Shown here piece by piece: positions 48,369-61,180 of a stretch of DNA of 64,000 bases. The stretch lies in NCBI GenBank assembly GCA_965112735.1, contig OZ218950.1, positions 6,262,001 to 6,326,000 on the forward strand, read 5' to 3'. The notes under the pieces were generated by a model that saw only the letters and a list, made by a program, of their open reading frames with translations, had not been told where the DNA came from and ran no database searches. Position 1 is the stretch's first letter. Every line of letters begins with the position of its first letter. The DNA is from Phaeosaccion multiseriatum (taxonomy: Eukaryota; Protista; Ochrophyta, other classes). Position numbers and translations under genes: made by a program.

Positions 48369-49547
48369 GTCTCTCTCTGTCTCTCCTACCTCCCAATTTT
48401 GAACAACCACCAGCTCACTCAATGCTTCCCTTCCTTTCCGCCCTGTCCCGCCATGCTTCTTGTGTGCCTTGCCGCTCCCCCCCCAGAGCTCAACAAGAAC
48501 CCTCCTGAGGGAGTGTCGGTGGGCTTAGTCGACGATTCGAACATGTTTCTGTGGGAGCTGCTCATCGTGGGCCCACCCGACACCCTGTACGAGGGAGGCT
48601 TCTTCAAGGCCAGGCTTGAGTTCCCCCCGGATTTCCCCAACCTCCCCCCCACAATGAAGTTTACCAGCGAAATGTGGCACCCCAATGGTGCGTGCGGGGA
48701 GTTTCCCACAATCGCTTTGCAGAAGTCACACAAACCCCATCTTCCCGCATGACCTTCCAACCTATGCAATCATCTGTCTCTCACCTGCTTGATCCCATGC
48801 AATGCATCTGTCTCTCATCTGCTTGGTCACGATCAACACCCGTGGTGTGTGCATAGGCTTGCCCTGTCACTGACGGTCTCCTCCCGTACCCCCCCCCCCC
48901 CCCACCTCCTCTTTGTCTTCTTCCTCCTCCTCCTCCTCCTCCTCCTCCTCCTCCTCGTCGTCGTCGTGGATCCCACCTTACCCTGAAATGGAATGCCCAC
49001 CCACTCCCATCCGTCTGGCAGTGTATGAGAATGGCAATGTGTGCATCTCCATCCTTCACCCCCCAGGGGAGGACAAGCACAACGCTCAGGAGTCTGCGGA
49101 AGAGCGTTGGCGTCCCATTCTCGGCGTTGAGGCCATCATCATCAGGTAAGGAAGAGAGGAAGGGAGGGAGGGAAAATGGGGCATGACGAACAGCTTGAAA
49201 GGTTGTTTGGATGGCACCTTGGGGGGGGAGGGATGGCAATCAATGGGCGTGTTGTGTGTGCATCTGCTCGGCCTGATGATGATGATGATGATGATGATGA
49301 TGCTGCTGCTGCACTGCCGCCGCGGGAGGGAGCCTTGCCTCCCTTTGCCTTGCCGTCCATTCCACCCACCAGCCCGCTCACCCACCCAACCACTCACCCG
49401 CCCACCCACAGTGTCATTTCAATGCTCTCAGACCCCAACGATGAGTCACCAGCGAACATCGACGCCGCTGTACAGTGGAGGGAGAGCGCTGACCAGTTCA
49501 AGAAGAAAGTCCGGCAAACAGTCCGAAAGAGCCAGGACGACCTTTAG
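48124..49547 (+). CDS. UBC7: Ubiquitin-conjugating enzyme E2, UBC7/UBE2G family
   Basis: Exons 48124-48166, 48487-48687, 49022-49145, 49412-49547; [22 protein letters not shown] with the acidic loop insertion. Confidence 0.95.
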
Positions 49548-50464
49548 CGGTCAGGGAAGGGGCAGCCAGAAAGAGGCTGAGCGCAAGGGTGGAGCGGAGC
49601 AGCAGTAGTATGCGGGCAGCCGGTTGGATTGCGCTAAGTGTTGTGCTTACATGTTCGTCTCTCTTGTCTCACGCGCAGCGCCCGTGAGGGAGGGGCGCGG
49701 AGAGATGAGTGGAGGAGGAGGACGAGGAGGAGGAGGAGGAGGAGGAGGAGGAGGAGGAGGAGGGGCGCGGAGAGATGAGTGGAGGAGGAGGACGAGGAGG
49801 AGGAGGAGGAGGAGGAGGAGGAGGAGGAGGAGGAGGAGGAGGAGGAGGAGGAGGGGCAGGAGGAGGAGGAGGAGGAGGGGCAGGAGGGGCAGGAGGAGGA
49901 GGAGGAGGGGGTGGCGGAGACGCGGTAGGGAGAGAGTAGGGGGAGTGGGGGTTGCAGGGAAGAACAAGCGGGCAAGGGAGGGCTATTGCCCAGCGGAGGG
50001 GCGATATGAGGCGATATGAGATGACACCATCGAATGAAGAGGGCTGCTCAGCTGCTCGTCTTCTTTCTCCTCCCAAGGGGCGCGAGGGTCGCGAGGGACG
50101 GATGGATAGATGGATAGATGCATCGATGGATGGATGCATGGGAAGATGGAAGGACGGAAGGAAGGATCAGGGGCTGCAGAGGTTGTGGTGCGCTCGGCAA
50201 GGCTCTGAGTTTTTGTGCGTGGGGCGTCACCAGAATGTACACAAACGGCGATCGACATCACAGTATGACAGAGACACAACGCCCCAGGAAAGGGGGGGGG
50301 GGGGGGCAAGGGCAAAAGAGAAATGAAGGACAAAATACTACAAATGAAATTACAAAAATTACAAAAAACACAACCACTTTTTGTTTGTTTGTTTGTTATT
50401 TCGTTGTTTCTCTCTCCCCAAGGCAAGACGAGAAGAGATGCTGTCTTGCCGTTTGGTGCCATCC

Positions 50465-50638
50465 TCAGGCCCCGGGGGGCGCGGGCGGCCCAGATGGTCC
50501 AGGGGACGGTCCGAAGAGCGCTGCCTCCACCTCGAACCACGACTCAACCCCAAAGATCCTCTTCCCTCCTCCTCCTCCCCCTCCTCCTCCTCCTCCTCCT
50601 CCTCGTGCCATCTGTCGTCGGCCTTCCCCGTCCCGCCC

Positions 50639-50671
<33 letters not shown>

Positions 50672-52222
50672 ATCGATAATATCGCGGGCGTGTGCGTGCA
50701 CCGCGAGGAGGGGGGAAATGCGGACATCGAATGCGGCGGCCACTCTTCGAAGGGAGGCGTTGCTGCCCATGCAAATACCTGGTGTCCGGCAATATATATA
50801 TACAGGTGAGGCATGCAGGAGGGTAGGTAGGCAAAGCAGGCAAGCAAGCAACAATTGCAACATTTGGTGAAACGGCAACAGCAGTTGGTGGTATAGTTGG
50901 TGATACAGCAGCAGCAGTAGGGACAGCCCCTCCACGTAAGATGTTGAAGTAAGTCCTTTACGGAATGTTATGTAAGCTTGCGTGCCTACGTACGTACTTA
51001 CCGATGTCTGCGGCGAGCATGGCGGGCAGGTCTGTAACGCTATCTCCCACGAACACGCTAAGGCCCTATTAGGGGCATGAGTAGCAGGTGTCAGGTAAAA
51101 AGTCAGGCTGAGTAGAGTAGCAGCAGGTTGTGTCGTCAGGCCATGAGTAGCTGGTGTCAGTTAGTCAGTACCCGACGGTCGATCAAACCTGCAACCGATA
51201 CCACCATGCTCCCCTGACTCAGCACCTCCTCCCTACCTCTCCCTCAGTTTCAGCTTCCAGCTCAGTCGCACGCACGCACTCACCTCCTTCCAGCCAGAGC
51301 CCCCCTCTCCCCCTGCCCGTTGTTGGCGTTGGCTGCGCATGGCCTCAAACCTCTGGAGTTTGCCCAACGCACCAGGCACGTGTAGCACAAGCGCCCCTGT
51401 GGACAGAGGGGGGGGGGCTGTGGACAGATCTGTGGACAGGTCTGTGGGCAGAGGCGTCGCATCATCCCGTGCGTGCAGCTCCCCCTCCTGCCCCCCTCCA
51501 TCACCCTCGTCGTCGCCGCTGACCTGGTACTCCAAGTCGTTGCTCACAATGGGTATGCCCCCCAACCTCTCGAGGATGGCGGTAGTCGCGTCGCCAAGAC
51601 GTCCACTGCCATCGCCACCTCTTGGCCTTGCTGTATCACCAACTACTGCCGATGCTCCTCCTCCTCCTCCTCTTTCTCCTCCCTCTCCTGTTCTGCTGCT
51701 ATTCTCACCACTACCACTACCACCACCAGGCCTCAACGTCCCCATCTTCTTCTTCTCCTCGTCTTCCGCCAACAGCTGCTCCTCACACGCCGCCAGCAGA
51801 ATGGTCCGGACGATGTCCGTGGAGAAATTGATGGAAATCACACCCGTCTCGATGCCACCCGCCTCCCTCCCACCACCACCACCACCACCACCAGCAGCAG
51901 TGGCCGTGGGTGTGGTGGCCGTGACTCTGGCAAGCAGCCTAGCCAAGCCTGGTCGGACCTTCCAGTGGTCGTTGAGGTTGCCCAAGAGGGCGGAGGCGAA
52001 GTCCGCTCTGCACAGACCCTCGAGTACTCGACTATCCCCCACACGCGCAAAGGACTGAGTCTCCACCCTCTCCAGCTAGAGGGAGGGGAGGGGAGGGGAG
52101 GGGAGCAAGGAGGGGAGCAGGAGAGAAGTAAGATGAGAGGAGAGGTGTTTCCAGGTGGAGAGGGAGACGCAAGGGAGGGAGAGGGAGGGGAGCAGGATTT
52201 GTGAAAGGTAGGAGAGGATATG

Positions 52223-52260
<38 letters not shown>

Positions 52261-54752
52261 CGGAGAGAGAGAGGGAGCGAGAGGGTGGGGTAGTGGAGTT
52301 GCGGGTGCGTCGAGATGTCTTCAGACAAAGAATCCTCCCTCAGCGCGCACAGTTTTTCTCAAGCGCACGCACGCCCCCACGCCCCCCCCCCCCTCACGCA
52401 CCGCTTTGAAGAAAGTGGTCATCTGTGCACTGTCCCGAGCCGCGTTGTCCTCCTCGGCCCCGCCCTCGTCCTTGTCCTCCTCCTCCCCCACTTTCCGTTG
52501 CCGCGGCTGCTGCTGCTGCTGTTGCTGCTGCTGCGGTTGCTGCTGCTGTTGCTGCTGCTGTTGCTGCTGTTGCCCCTGCTCCTGCTGCTCCTCGATACGG
52601 AACCCCTCCTCCCCAACCCCCTCTTGTTGGCCTTGGCGCTGCAATACGACTTGCGCCAAAGCGCCCCCGAAGTATTCCTTGTAATCCGCGAGGTATGCCA
52701 GCGTCAGCTTCTGGAAACCCTCCGTGATCAAGTCTGCGTGGGCGGGCCGAGCGAGGGCGGCAATCTTGGGCAGGAGGGGTGTCGTGTCCTGACACGCATG
52801 AAGGAATGCATCAGGCGCAGTAAGGCAGTAAGGCACAGGGAGAAAGGCACGGTGAGAGAGACGCCCTGCGGGCATTGCTTGACATCGGCGATATCATCGC
52901 TTGACATCGGCTGTAGCACCGCCTGAGTCTTGTCTTGCCTGACCAATACCCATCACGGCACTCTACATTCAAGCATCTTCTTTCACGCCCTGCTCCGTCT
53001 CCTCCCCTCTCCTCTCCATCTGCTGCCATCTAACCTCCCCTCACCTTTTCGGTGCACGTTTCGTCGAAGTCCAGGCAGAAGAGACCCAACCGAGCAGCCA
53101 GGTATGTCTGCGTTTAAGGACATGTTCAGTTTCAATTTCAGCAGAAGCAGTCCATCAGATGTATACCAGTAGGAGGGCATTGAAAGCGCAAGTAGGGCAT
53201 AGAGAGAAGAAGAGATACCAGCGGGTGCGCCAGGCCAGGCAATGCAGTGGAAGTAGCGCAATGGTGCTACCTACTCATTCACCTGTTTATGGGCGAGAGC
53301 CTCTGCGCCGAGATGGTTAATCTCCAGCTGTAACGCCCGTCTATACACGCCTAGCAGCCGATCGTAGCCTTCCTCCAACCCTGCTGCGCCTCCTTCTCCT
53401 CCTCCTCCTCCTCCTCCTCCTCCTCCTCCTCCTCCTCCTCCTCCTCCTCCTCCTCCTCCTCCTCCAAGTGGGACTTTTGCTTCTGCTGCTGGTGCTTCTC
53501 CTTGTCCTGTTTTTGCTCTCGTTGTTCCTCCCGAGGTATCCAGCCGGTCCAACCGAGCCTCCCACACCCGAGCCTGCCTCTCTAGTTCTATCGCACTCGC
53601 CCACACTGTGCACAGGGGAGATGGGCTTCCCTCCCCACCTCCTCCTCCTCTTCCTCCGCCTCCTCCTCCTCCTCCTCCTCCTCCTTCTTCTTCAAAAGCC
53701 GCTTCCAGTTCCTTGGCAATGAAGGCTCTCAGGCGAAAGTGAGGCACGAGCGCAGCCAAGACATCACCTTCCAATGAAGACAATACCGACGCCTCTGCTG
53801 TGGATGATGGTCTGCTACTCGTAGCACTGCTGCTGTTACTGCTACGGCTCCTCTCGATACGCTCCACCAGTGTTGTCAACAAGCTGACACAACCAGTACT
53901 ATTCCTAACACTGCCATCGCCCTCCTGTCTGGCATCACCACCACCGCTAAGCTCTGCACCATCCACATGATGTACACCACCGCCGTCGCCAGTGTCGGTA
54001 GATGGTGGTGATTGTGGTGCATCGTCCCCCCAGGCGGCGGGGCTGAGACTGCGTCGAGCGAGAGAAAGTAGTAGCTCGTCCCTCTCCTTCTCGTGTAGCT
54101 CCAGCCGCGCCAGTGTGGGTGGTGGAACCTCGCCGGTCACGAGCTGTGGTGTGGTGTCAGGAAGTGGAGAGGAGAGGGGAAGGGGAGTGGAGGGGAGGGG
54201 CAGGATCAGGTTAGCAAAGGCAAGAGGACGGTCGATACGACTGGGCCATTTTCTCTCATTTCAAGCCGCTTCACCTGCAGAACAAGCGGGTGGTGCAGTG
54301 CTCCCGCCGCCTGCCTGGCGCAGTCCTTCCAGAGCCGCCCAGACAATGGTAGGGGCTGGGGCAGTGATGGTGCAGAGGGCAAGGCATCTCCTTCGCGTCC
54401 ACCTCCTCGGATGGTGGCTTCTGGGCAGCTACTGGTGCTGGAGGTGCATGGTAGAGTTGGATGGAGGGCGGGAGGCCATAAAAACGCAATTCAAGCAGAC
54501 TGTAATGTTGGGTGCCTCTCACCTCATCCTTCGCCTGGTCTCGGAGGTGCTGTTGCTCCCACCCACAACTCTCGAAGGAATGGTCACAAAGCATAAAGGG
54601 CGAGTGCTGCTCCTCAAACCTCCCTCAGAGAACGAGCCAGGTCCCAAAGACCCAGTAGTGGCGACTGCTGCTACAGCAGGAGAAGGAGAGAGGCGGACGC
54701 GAGATAGCGTGAGGCAAGGAGCGGCCAGGAGCGAAAACAGCGCCAGCACCAT
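50465..54752 (-). CDS. TH2: Bifunctional TenA-HAD thiamine monophosphate phosphatase (TH2-like)
   Basis: Exons 54752-54523, 54431-54275, 54143-53283, 53107-53045, 52788-52402, 52075-51284, 51065-51002, 50778-50465. TenA-like LHHPLVLQLVTG..YRRALQLE; HAD DFDETCT, VFVGDSVTDLPAMLAADIGI, SLRRVA. Confidence 0.85.
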
Positions 54753-55011
54753 CGACTGGGGTTGTGCAGGAGGTGGACGGGACCGGAAAGGAGGTATAAC
54801 TTTATTGACTTAATAGGAATCGACCGGAAAGGAGGAGGAGAAGGTGATCCGAGTAAGTAGTTCAGGTGGTGATTCGTATCAATCACAGATGACGGAGGAT
54901 TCCGCGCTGGGCGAATCCCGCGGCGCTTGAAAGAAAAAATATATAAAGCCCTTGATATCAGCCAGCGCCAGGAGTACCCGTGCTTGTTAAATCTGCTCAC
55001 GCGTTATTGTC

Positions 55012-56133
55012 ATGGCAGATCCTCCCGCGTTCTTCGAAATAGAGAGCGCAATTCCGCTGGAGGCGTTTGTGCGATTGTCAGAGGACATCGTGGAGCTCGC
55101 GCTGCTTCTCTTTGCACCCATCGGGGTGCCGCGCTTCCTCGTCAAGGCTTGTGGAGAGGAGGTGCGAAGGTCTTAGTCGTGTGGAGGACGGAGCTGAGGG
55201 AGGGACAGAGAAGGCGTTGAACGATGAGCATGCGCATCTAGGCCTGTATCCCAGGCCTGCCGCTCGCCGTCTTTCTCCCCCTTTTCCCATCATGTGAACA
55301 ACAGCTAGAGAGGCAGTAGTTCTGAAGCTTAACTGCACTGTCTTTCTACTGTCTTGGACTATACTATACCATCCATCCACCCACTCCACCCACTCCACCA
55401 GGCGGACTTTACGCAAGCGTTCGACGGCCGCTTCCGCCAAGCGCTTGAGGCGGCGAGCACCGCGTTGTGCGAAAGGAGAGGCGTCAGCGAGAGCTCCATG
55501 GTGTGTGGCGGCGTTAGAGAAAGCCTACTGTCCTCTCTCTCTGTCTACTCTCTCTTTCCTCTCTCTCTCCCTCTCTCTCTCTCGCTTTCTCTCTCTCTCT
55601 CTTTCTCTCTCGCTTGCTCTCTCTCTCTCCCCCTCTCTCTTAAATTCACTCCTAAAACACTCATTCTGCTGTGCGACTGACTGCTTCCTGCCCATCTCCT
55701 GCATGTTTCCTGTCCGTCCGCCGCAACCACGGCTGCTGCCACCGCCTCTACTGCCGGGAAGGCCGTAACGATACACAAGTACGTGGACGAGCAGAAGGAA
55801 TCAGAAGCCATTGCGATCATGACAAGGATGAATACGGCACTTGCCAGTCTCTTCGAGCCCTCCGAGCAAGTCCTGGAGCTGCCTCGCCTTCTAAACCTTG
55901 GCACCCTGGAGTCAATGGTGGACGACTTGGTGGATTCGGAGCTTCTACTCGGTCCTGCTATTGTCACTGCTCCTGCTTCTGTTACTACTGTTGCTAGTCG
56001 AGGTTGGGAGGACGGTGGAGGGGGGGCTGAGGCGGGGGAGACTACAGTGTGGTCAGAAGCAGAGGAGACTCAGCGGAGAGGGAGGGCGGGCCAAGCTTGC
56101 CAGGGATGCAGCCCACGTGGAGGAAAGATTCAC

Positions 56134-56166
<33 letters not shown>

Positions 56167-59100
56167 TGCTGCTGCAGGAGAAGGCGACGGAGGAGGAGGT
56201 GGCGAGAAGAAGGAGAAGGAGAAGGAGAAGAGGCATGTCGTCTGTGCGGAACTGAGTCTTTCCGGGAGTGTGTGTATCCCCAGGTGTTTGCAACATTGGG
56301 CTACGAGACAACAACATCGAGGAGGAGAAGGGGGGACCGAAACAAACGTTACATGAGCTGTAGTGGAGTCCGGAGCAACGGTGCAGGTGCAAGTAGTGGG
56401 GGGAAGGGCAGAGGTGAGGAAAGAACCTGCCGTGACGGGGAGGAGGCCCGGTGTTGTAGCTGCGTCTGCTGCAACGCTGCGCTCTCTGGGACTGTGCTTA
56501 GAATGGGGACGCGGAGCAAGGATGGCAGTGGACAGCTTCAGGCGGCGAAGGATGAGAAGGATGAGGATGACAGTGGCAGTGGAAGGAAGGAGGTGCATGG
56601 CAGTAGAAGCAGGAAGAAGCGCCAGGACGCGGCGAGAGCAGAGGCCATGCTGAAGCTGCAGGAAAAGGAGGGCTCCCCTTGGAGGGGGCTGCAGCAGCGG
56701 CACCTGCAGGCCATGGTAGAGGCGTATAGGGCAGGGCGGCGAGGCGGCATGCCTGCACCCAAGTCTCGACAGGGGGACGAGGAGGAGGAGGAGGAGGAGG
56801 AGGAGGAGGAGGAGGAGGAGGAGGAGCAGGATGAGGAGGGTGGGGGGGACGGGGAGGAACCGGGGGGCAGTAGGAAGAAGAGAAAGAGCACTAGAGCTTT
56901 GAGTGAGGCGGAGAGGGTGCGACGGATAGATGCAGCAGCCGCGACGGCGTTTTGTCACGATCCTCTTTTTCGTATGGTACGGGGCATGGAGCTGCTAGCA
57001 GAGAGTACGGCGTCGAGGGAAGAGGAGGGGGAGGAGGAGGGCAGACGAGGAGGAGAAGGGGGAGAAGCAGCAGGAGCAGCAGCGGCGGCAGGAGGAGGGC
57101 AGCAGCAGCAGCAGCAGCAGAGGGCGGAGAGGTGGCTACAGCAGGCATACGCGGCCGAGGCCTCAAGGCAGGAAGGAGCGCGCGCCATCGATCGCCTCCG
57201 AGAGATGGGGGGCGACGACGTGTGCTTATCCAACGAGCACCACTCGCCGGAGGAGAAGGAGGCCATCGAACGCGAGGCGGGGGCGGCAGTGGCGGGCTTT
57301 ACCGCCGCATTCAACCAGGGCTTCGCGTGTCTTCCGGACGTCAGACTGGCGTCGTTTCTCAGCCACAGAGCCTTTGCTCACTTAGCCGTCGGCTGTGCGA
57401 CACAGGCCTCGGTAGATGTCGAGACTGCCCTCCTGCTGGACCCCCGGGGGGCCGTGGCATACGCATGCAGGGGTCGTCTTCGCAGCAGGAGCAAGGAGGC
57501 CCTCCTCCAACCTTCTGATGAAACCGGAGGCGTTGGTGCTCCTTCTGCAGATGGCGACGACCTGGACTGGGAGGGCGCTGTGCATGACCTTGTGAGGGCC
57601 TTTGTTCTCGACGGATCTGGAGCCAGGGAGGACCAAGCAAGAGGGGTGGAGGAGGCGGCAAGGAACGCCGGCAAGGAGAGGGCTCTCCAGTGTTTCAACG
57701 AGCGGTTAGGAGCAGGATCAGCACACCTGTCGGGGTCAGACGGAGAAGACAGCCCCTCCTCCTCCATGGCAGCGGGGGGTGGTGTCCCCCCTGACTGGCT
57801 GTGCCGCTTCTATTTTGAGAACTTGGCCGGAGAGAGAGACAGAGCTGCTGCTCACAGATTAGCATCGGCAGCAGCGGCGGCACCAGTGGGTGACACAGCA
57901 CCAATGGGAGTGTGCTCTTCTTCCTCTGAGTCATCAGCGTCTCCGGACTGCTCTCTCTTCAGCCACCGCCCCACCGAAGGGCAAGAGAGCACGGCTGCCG
58001 AACGCGCCTTTTGGCGAGGACTCGATCACTTGCACGACGAGGGGGAGGAGAGGAGGGAAGGGGAAGGTCATCAAGAAGAAAGGACAGGGGAAGAGGGAGG
58101 TAATGAAGGGTCCTCCTCTTCCTTCGCGCTGGCGGCGCAGTGCTTTGCAGAGGCGGTGAAGGACATGCAGGATATTCGCAGCCCTGCGGTGGCATCCGTG
58201 GCGCTAGAGGAGCACGGCTCGTTCCTCTACCTTAGAGGCCAGTCCGACAAGGCCATTCGCAGCCTCGAGGCCGCTGTAGACATGTCGGTTCGGTCACACC
58301 CACGCTCTTCAACCTCATATGACTCCCCTTCTCTCTCCCCACCCCCCTCTCTCCCCTCCTCCCCCTCCTCCTCTCTCCCCTCACCCCCCTCTCTCTCTCC
58401 CTCCCCCTCCTCTTCTCTCCCACCACCCCCCTCTCACCCCTTCTCCCCTCGCTCCTCTCCCTCATCACCGTCCCCGAGCCAACTCAACGTGCTCGCCTGC
58501 ATAAAGCTCGCCGGAGTGTTGTGTGAGATGGAGCGGCCTGAGGAGGCCCTGGAGGTGTTTTCAAGGGCCGAGAGCGAGTGCCAGCGCCGTGCACAGGCTG
58601 CTGCTACATCACCAACCGCTGCGGGTGCTGCTGCGCTGTCGTCAGCCGAGGCTTCCACCTTCTGCAATGGGCATCACTCATTATCGTCTTCCTCTTCTTC
58701 TTCGCCTTGTTCTTCATTGACATCAGTCGTCGCTCTGTTGGGAGATGTGTGCTTCCAAAGGGCGCAGCTTGCCTTCTTTGCGGGGGACATGGAGGCGGCT
58801 ATGCTGGACCTCAAGAGGTGTCCAGGGGTCAGTGACAACGGTGTCATCGTCGTCAAGAAGAGGAAGAAGAAGAAGGAGAAGGAGAAGGCACGACCCAGCC
58901 GGAAGGAAGGAAATGAGTACAGTGTGGGAGAAGAGTCTGCTGCTGGCGCTTGTGCGGAAAGGGAGGGGATGGGTGGCAAGGAAGCGAAGGTAGAGAGGAA
59001 GGAGGGTACCGGGAGCGGGCAGGAGGAAGAGGAGGCGGAGAGGAAGAAGGAGGAAGAGGAGGCGGAGAGGAAGGAGGTGGAGGGAGAGGAGGAGGAGGAA

Positions 59101-61180
59101 GAGGAGGAGGAGGAGGAGGGAGAGGAGGAGGAGCAGGAGAAGGAGGAGGAGGATGATGATGAGGAGAAGGATGAGGAGGAGCCAGTGGAGAGCCATTTGG
59201 AGATGCCTGTGGCTCGGGCCCTTCTCGGTGTGGCTCTCTTCAAGATGAGCATCGACCCCTCCGTCGTCGCCAACCCTTCTCTGGCGTGGTCCTTGACCCG
59301 CAGGAGAGAGGAGGGGCTGGCGCTGCTCAGGCGGACGGCAGAGGCCTTCGGCCACAACGTTGAGGTGAGGGGATCTCTCGATTTTTTTCTCCCTCCCTCC
59401 CTCCCTCCCTCCCTCCCTCCCTCCCTCCCTCCCTCCCTCCCTCCCTCCCTCCCTTCCTCCCTCTCCCTCCCTCCCTCCCTCCCTCCCTCCCTCCCTCCCT
59501 CCCTCCCTCCCTCCCTCCCTCCCTCCCTCCCTCCCTCCCTCCCTCTCTCCCTCCCTCCCTCCCTCCCTCCCTCCCTCCCTCTCTCCCTCCCTCCCTCCCT
59601 CCCCCCTCCCTCCCTCTCTCCCTCCCTCCCTCCCTCCCTCCCTCCCTCTCTCCCTCTCTCCCTCCCTTCCTCCCTCTCTCCCTCCCTTCCTCCCTCTCTC
59701 CCTCCCTCCCTCCTTCCCTCCCTCCCTCTCTCCCTCCCTCCCTCCCTCTCTCCCTCTCTCTCTGTATCTGTCTCTCCCTCTTTCTCTCTTTCTCTCTTTC
59801 TCTTTGCTTGCGTTGATCTCTCTCCCTTTCACGCTGTCTGTCTGTCTGCCTTGTCTTTTCTCTGATCTCTCTGCTCTCCGTCTGTCTCTCTGTCTGTGTT
59901 CGTCTCTATATTTCTCTCTCTCCCTCTCCCCGTCTCTCTCACCTTCCCTCCCTCGTCCCCCCCCCCTCTCTCCCTCCCAAACACTTCACCTCCCTACCTT
60001 GCCCTCCCCTACCTTGCTCTCCTTGAACTCGTCCCATCCACTGCCATCCACTACCACCCACTACCACCCACTACCATCCCCAACCCTGCCCTACCCTCTG
60101 AAGGTGCTGCTCTTCTACTCGGAGGTGCTGGTACAGACCGGTGACTTCTCCCGTGCCCTGAAGGTCCTTGCCCAGGCAGCACAGGTGGATCCATCCTGCC
60201 CCCTCCCCTTCATCAATGCAGGCATGTGGGGGCACGGAAAGCATCTCAGGAGGGTAGTAAAGTAGAAGCACCACCTCACCCCCCCCCACCCTCCCCCCTT
60301 CTGTCTCTCTGTAACGAATCTGTATATGAACGGGAGAGTGATAAAGCTATAGAAACCGTGTCTATCCACCTTCTGACTCCCTGTCTCCTTTTCTTTACCT
60401 GTCTCTCTCACATGTTTTCTCTCGCTCTCATCTGGACTTTTTCTGTCTCTTCTCAATGTCGCTCATTCTCGATCTCTCTCATTCCCCTCTCCCTCCCTCC
60501 CTCCCTCCCTCTCTTTCTCTCTTCTGCTGCTGCATCGCTCCATGTCTGCTATCTACTCACAGCTCGGGCCTACATGTCTCTGAACGACCTCTCTTCCGCC
60601 AGCGCTCACCTCGCCAGGGCACTAGAGGTGGATCCTCACTGCCCAGGAGGTGCGTTGGTGGGGAGAGAGGATGGCAGTGGATGCGGGGGGGGGGGGGGAG
60701 GATTAGGTGGGGTTGCAGGGAAGACAAGCAGAGGAAGGGAAGTGCCTTCGTGGGGTGTCAAGCGGGCAGGAGGTGGAGGCGGGGGCGGCGGCGGCGGCGG
60801 AGGAGGAGAAGAAGGAGGAGGAGGAGAAAGAGGTGATGGGTTGTCAAGGATCAAGAGCAGAGGAAGGACCACTCACAGCCTCACCCACTTCAGGCTCCTC
60901 TCCTGTTCCTAATTGCACGTTCGTCCGTCTGTTGTGCGCCCCCTTCGCCCCTCCCTCCCTACGTCCTTCGCTCCCCTCCCCTCCTCTCCCTCCAGCCTAT
61001 ATGGACCTTGGTCAGTTGCGCATGCAGGAGGGCAAGGTGGAGGAGGCGCTTTGTCTGTACGAGAAGGGCGTGCTCCACTCGCGCTACTTGCACGAGCTGC
61101 ACGATGCCATGACGTGTCTGCTTGTGGCCAAGGAGCACCTCGCTGCCAAGGAGGAGCTGGGGATAGGGGACGAGGAGTGA
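55012..61180 (+). CDS. Large TPR protein with Tom70-like C-terminal TPR array
   Basis: Exons 55012-55161, 55402-55500, 55762-59364, 60104-60221, 60563-60649, 60996-61180. HGSFLYLRG, ACIKLA, FQRAQLAF, FYSEVLVQTGDF, ALEVDPHCPGAYMDLGQLRMQEG follow the Tom70 TPR order. Confidence 0.78.
59389..59760. repeat. (CCCT)n polypyrimidine microsatellite in TPR intron
   Basis: Seen directly; gives the spurious (LPPS)n tail of the 1360-aa ORF. Confidence 0.95.

Noticed and set aside
19277-49547. ANK-BTB, FNIP genes and UBC7 as a co-functional ubiquitin operon
   Set aside because: Proximity results from a recent duplication landing site; Cul3 and SCF adaptors and a UBE2G-type E2 need not act together, and there is no sequence evidence of co-regulation.
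50300-55000. TPP riboswitch associated with the thiamine gene
   Set aside because: Conserved aptamer motifs (CUGAGA...CCUGAU...GCGNAGGGA) were not found in its introns or UTR regions.
59365-59865. (LPPS)n C-terminus of the 1360-aa ORF
   Set aside because: Read-through into a (CCCT)n intron; the TPR frame resumes at 60104.
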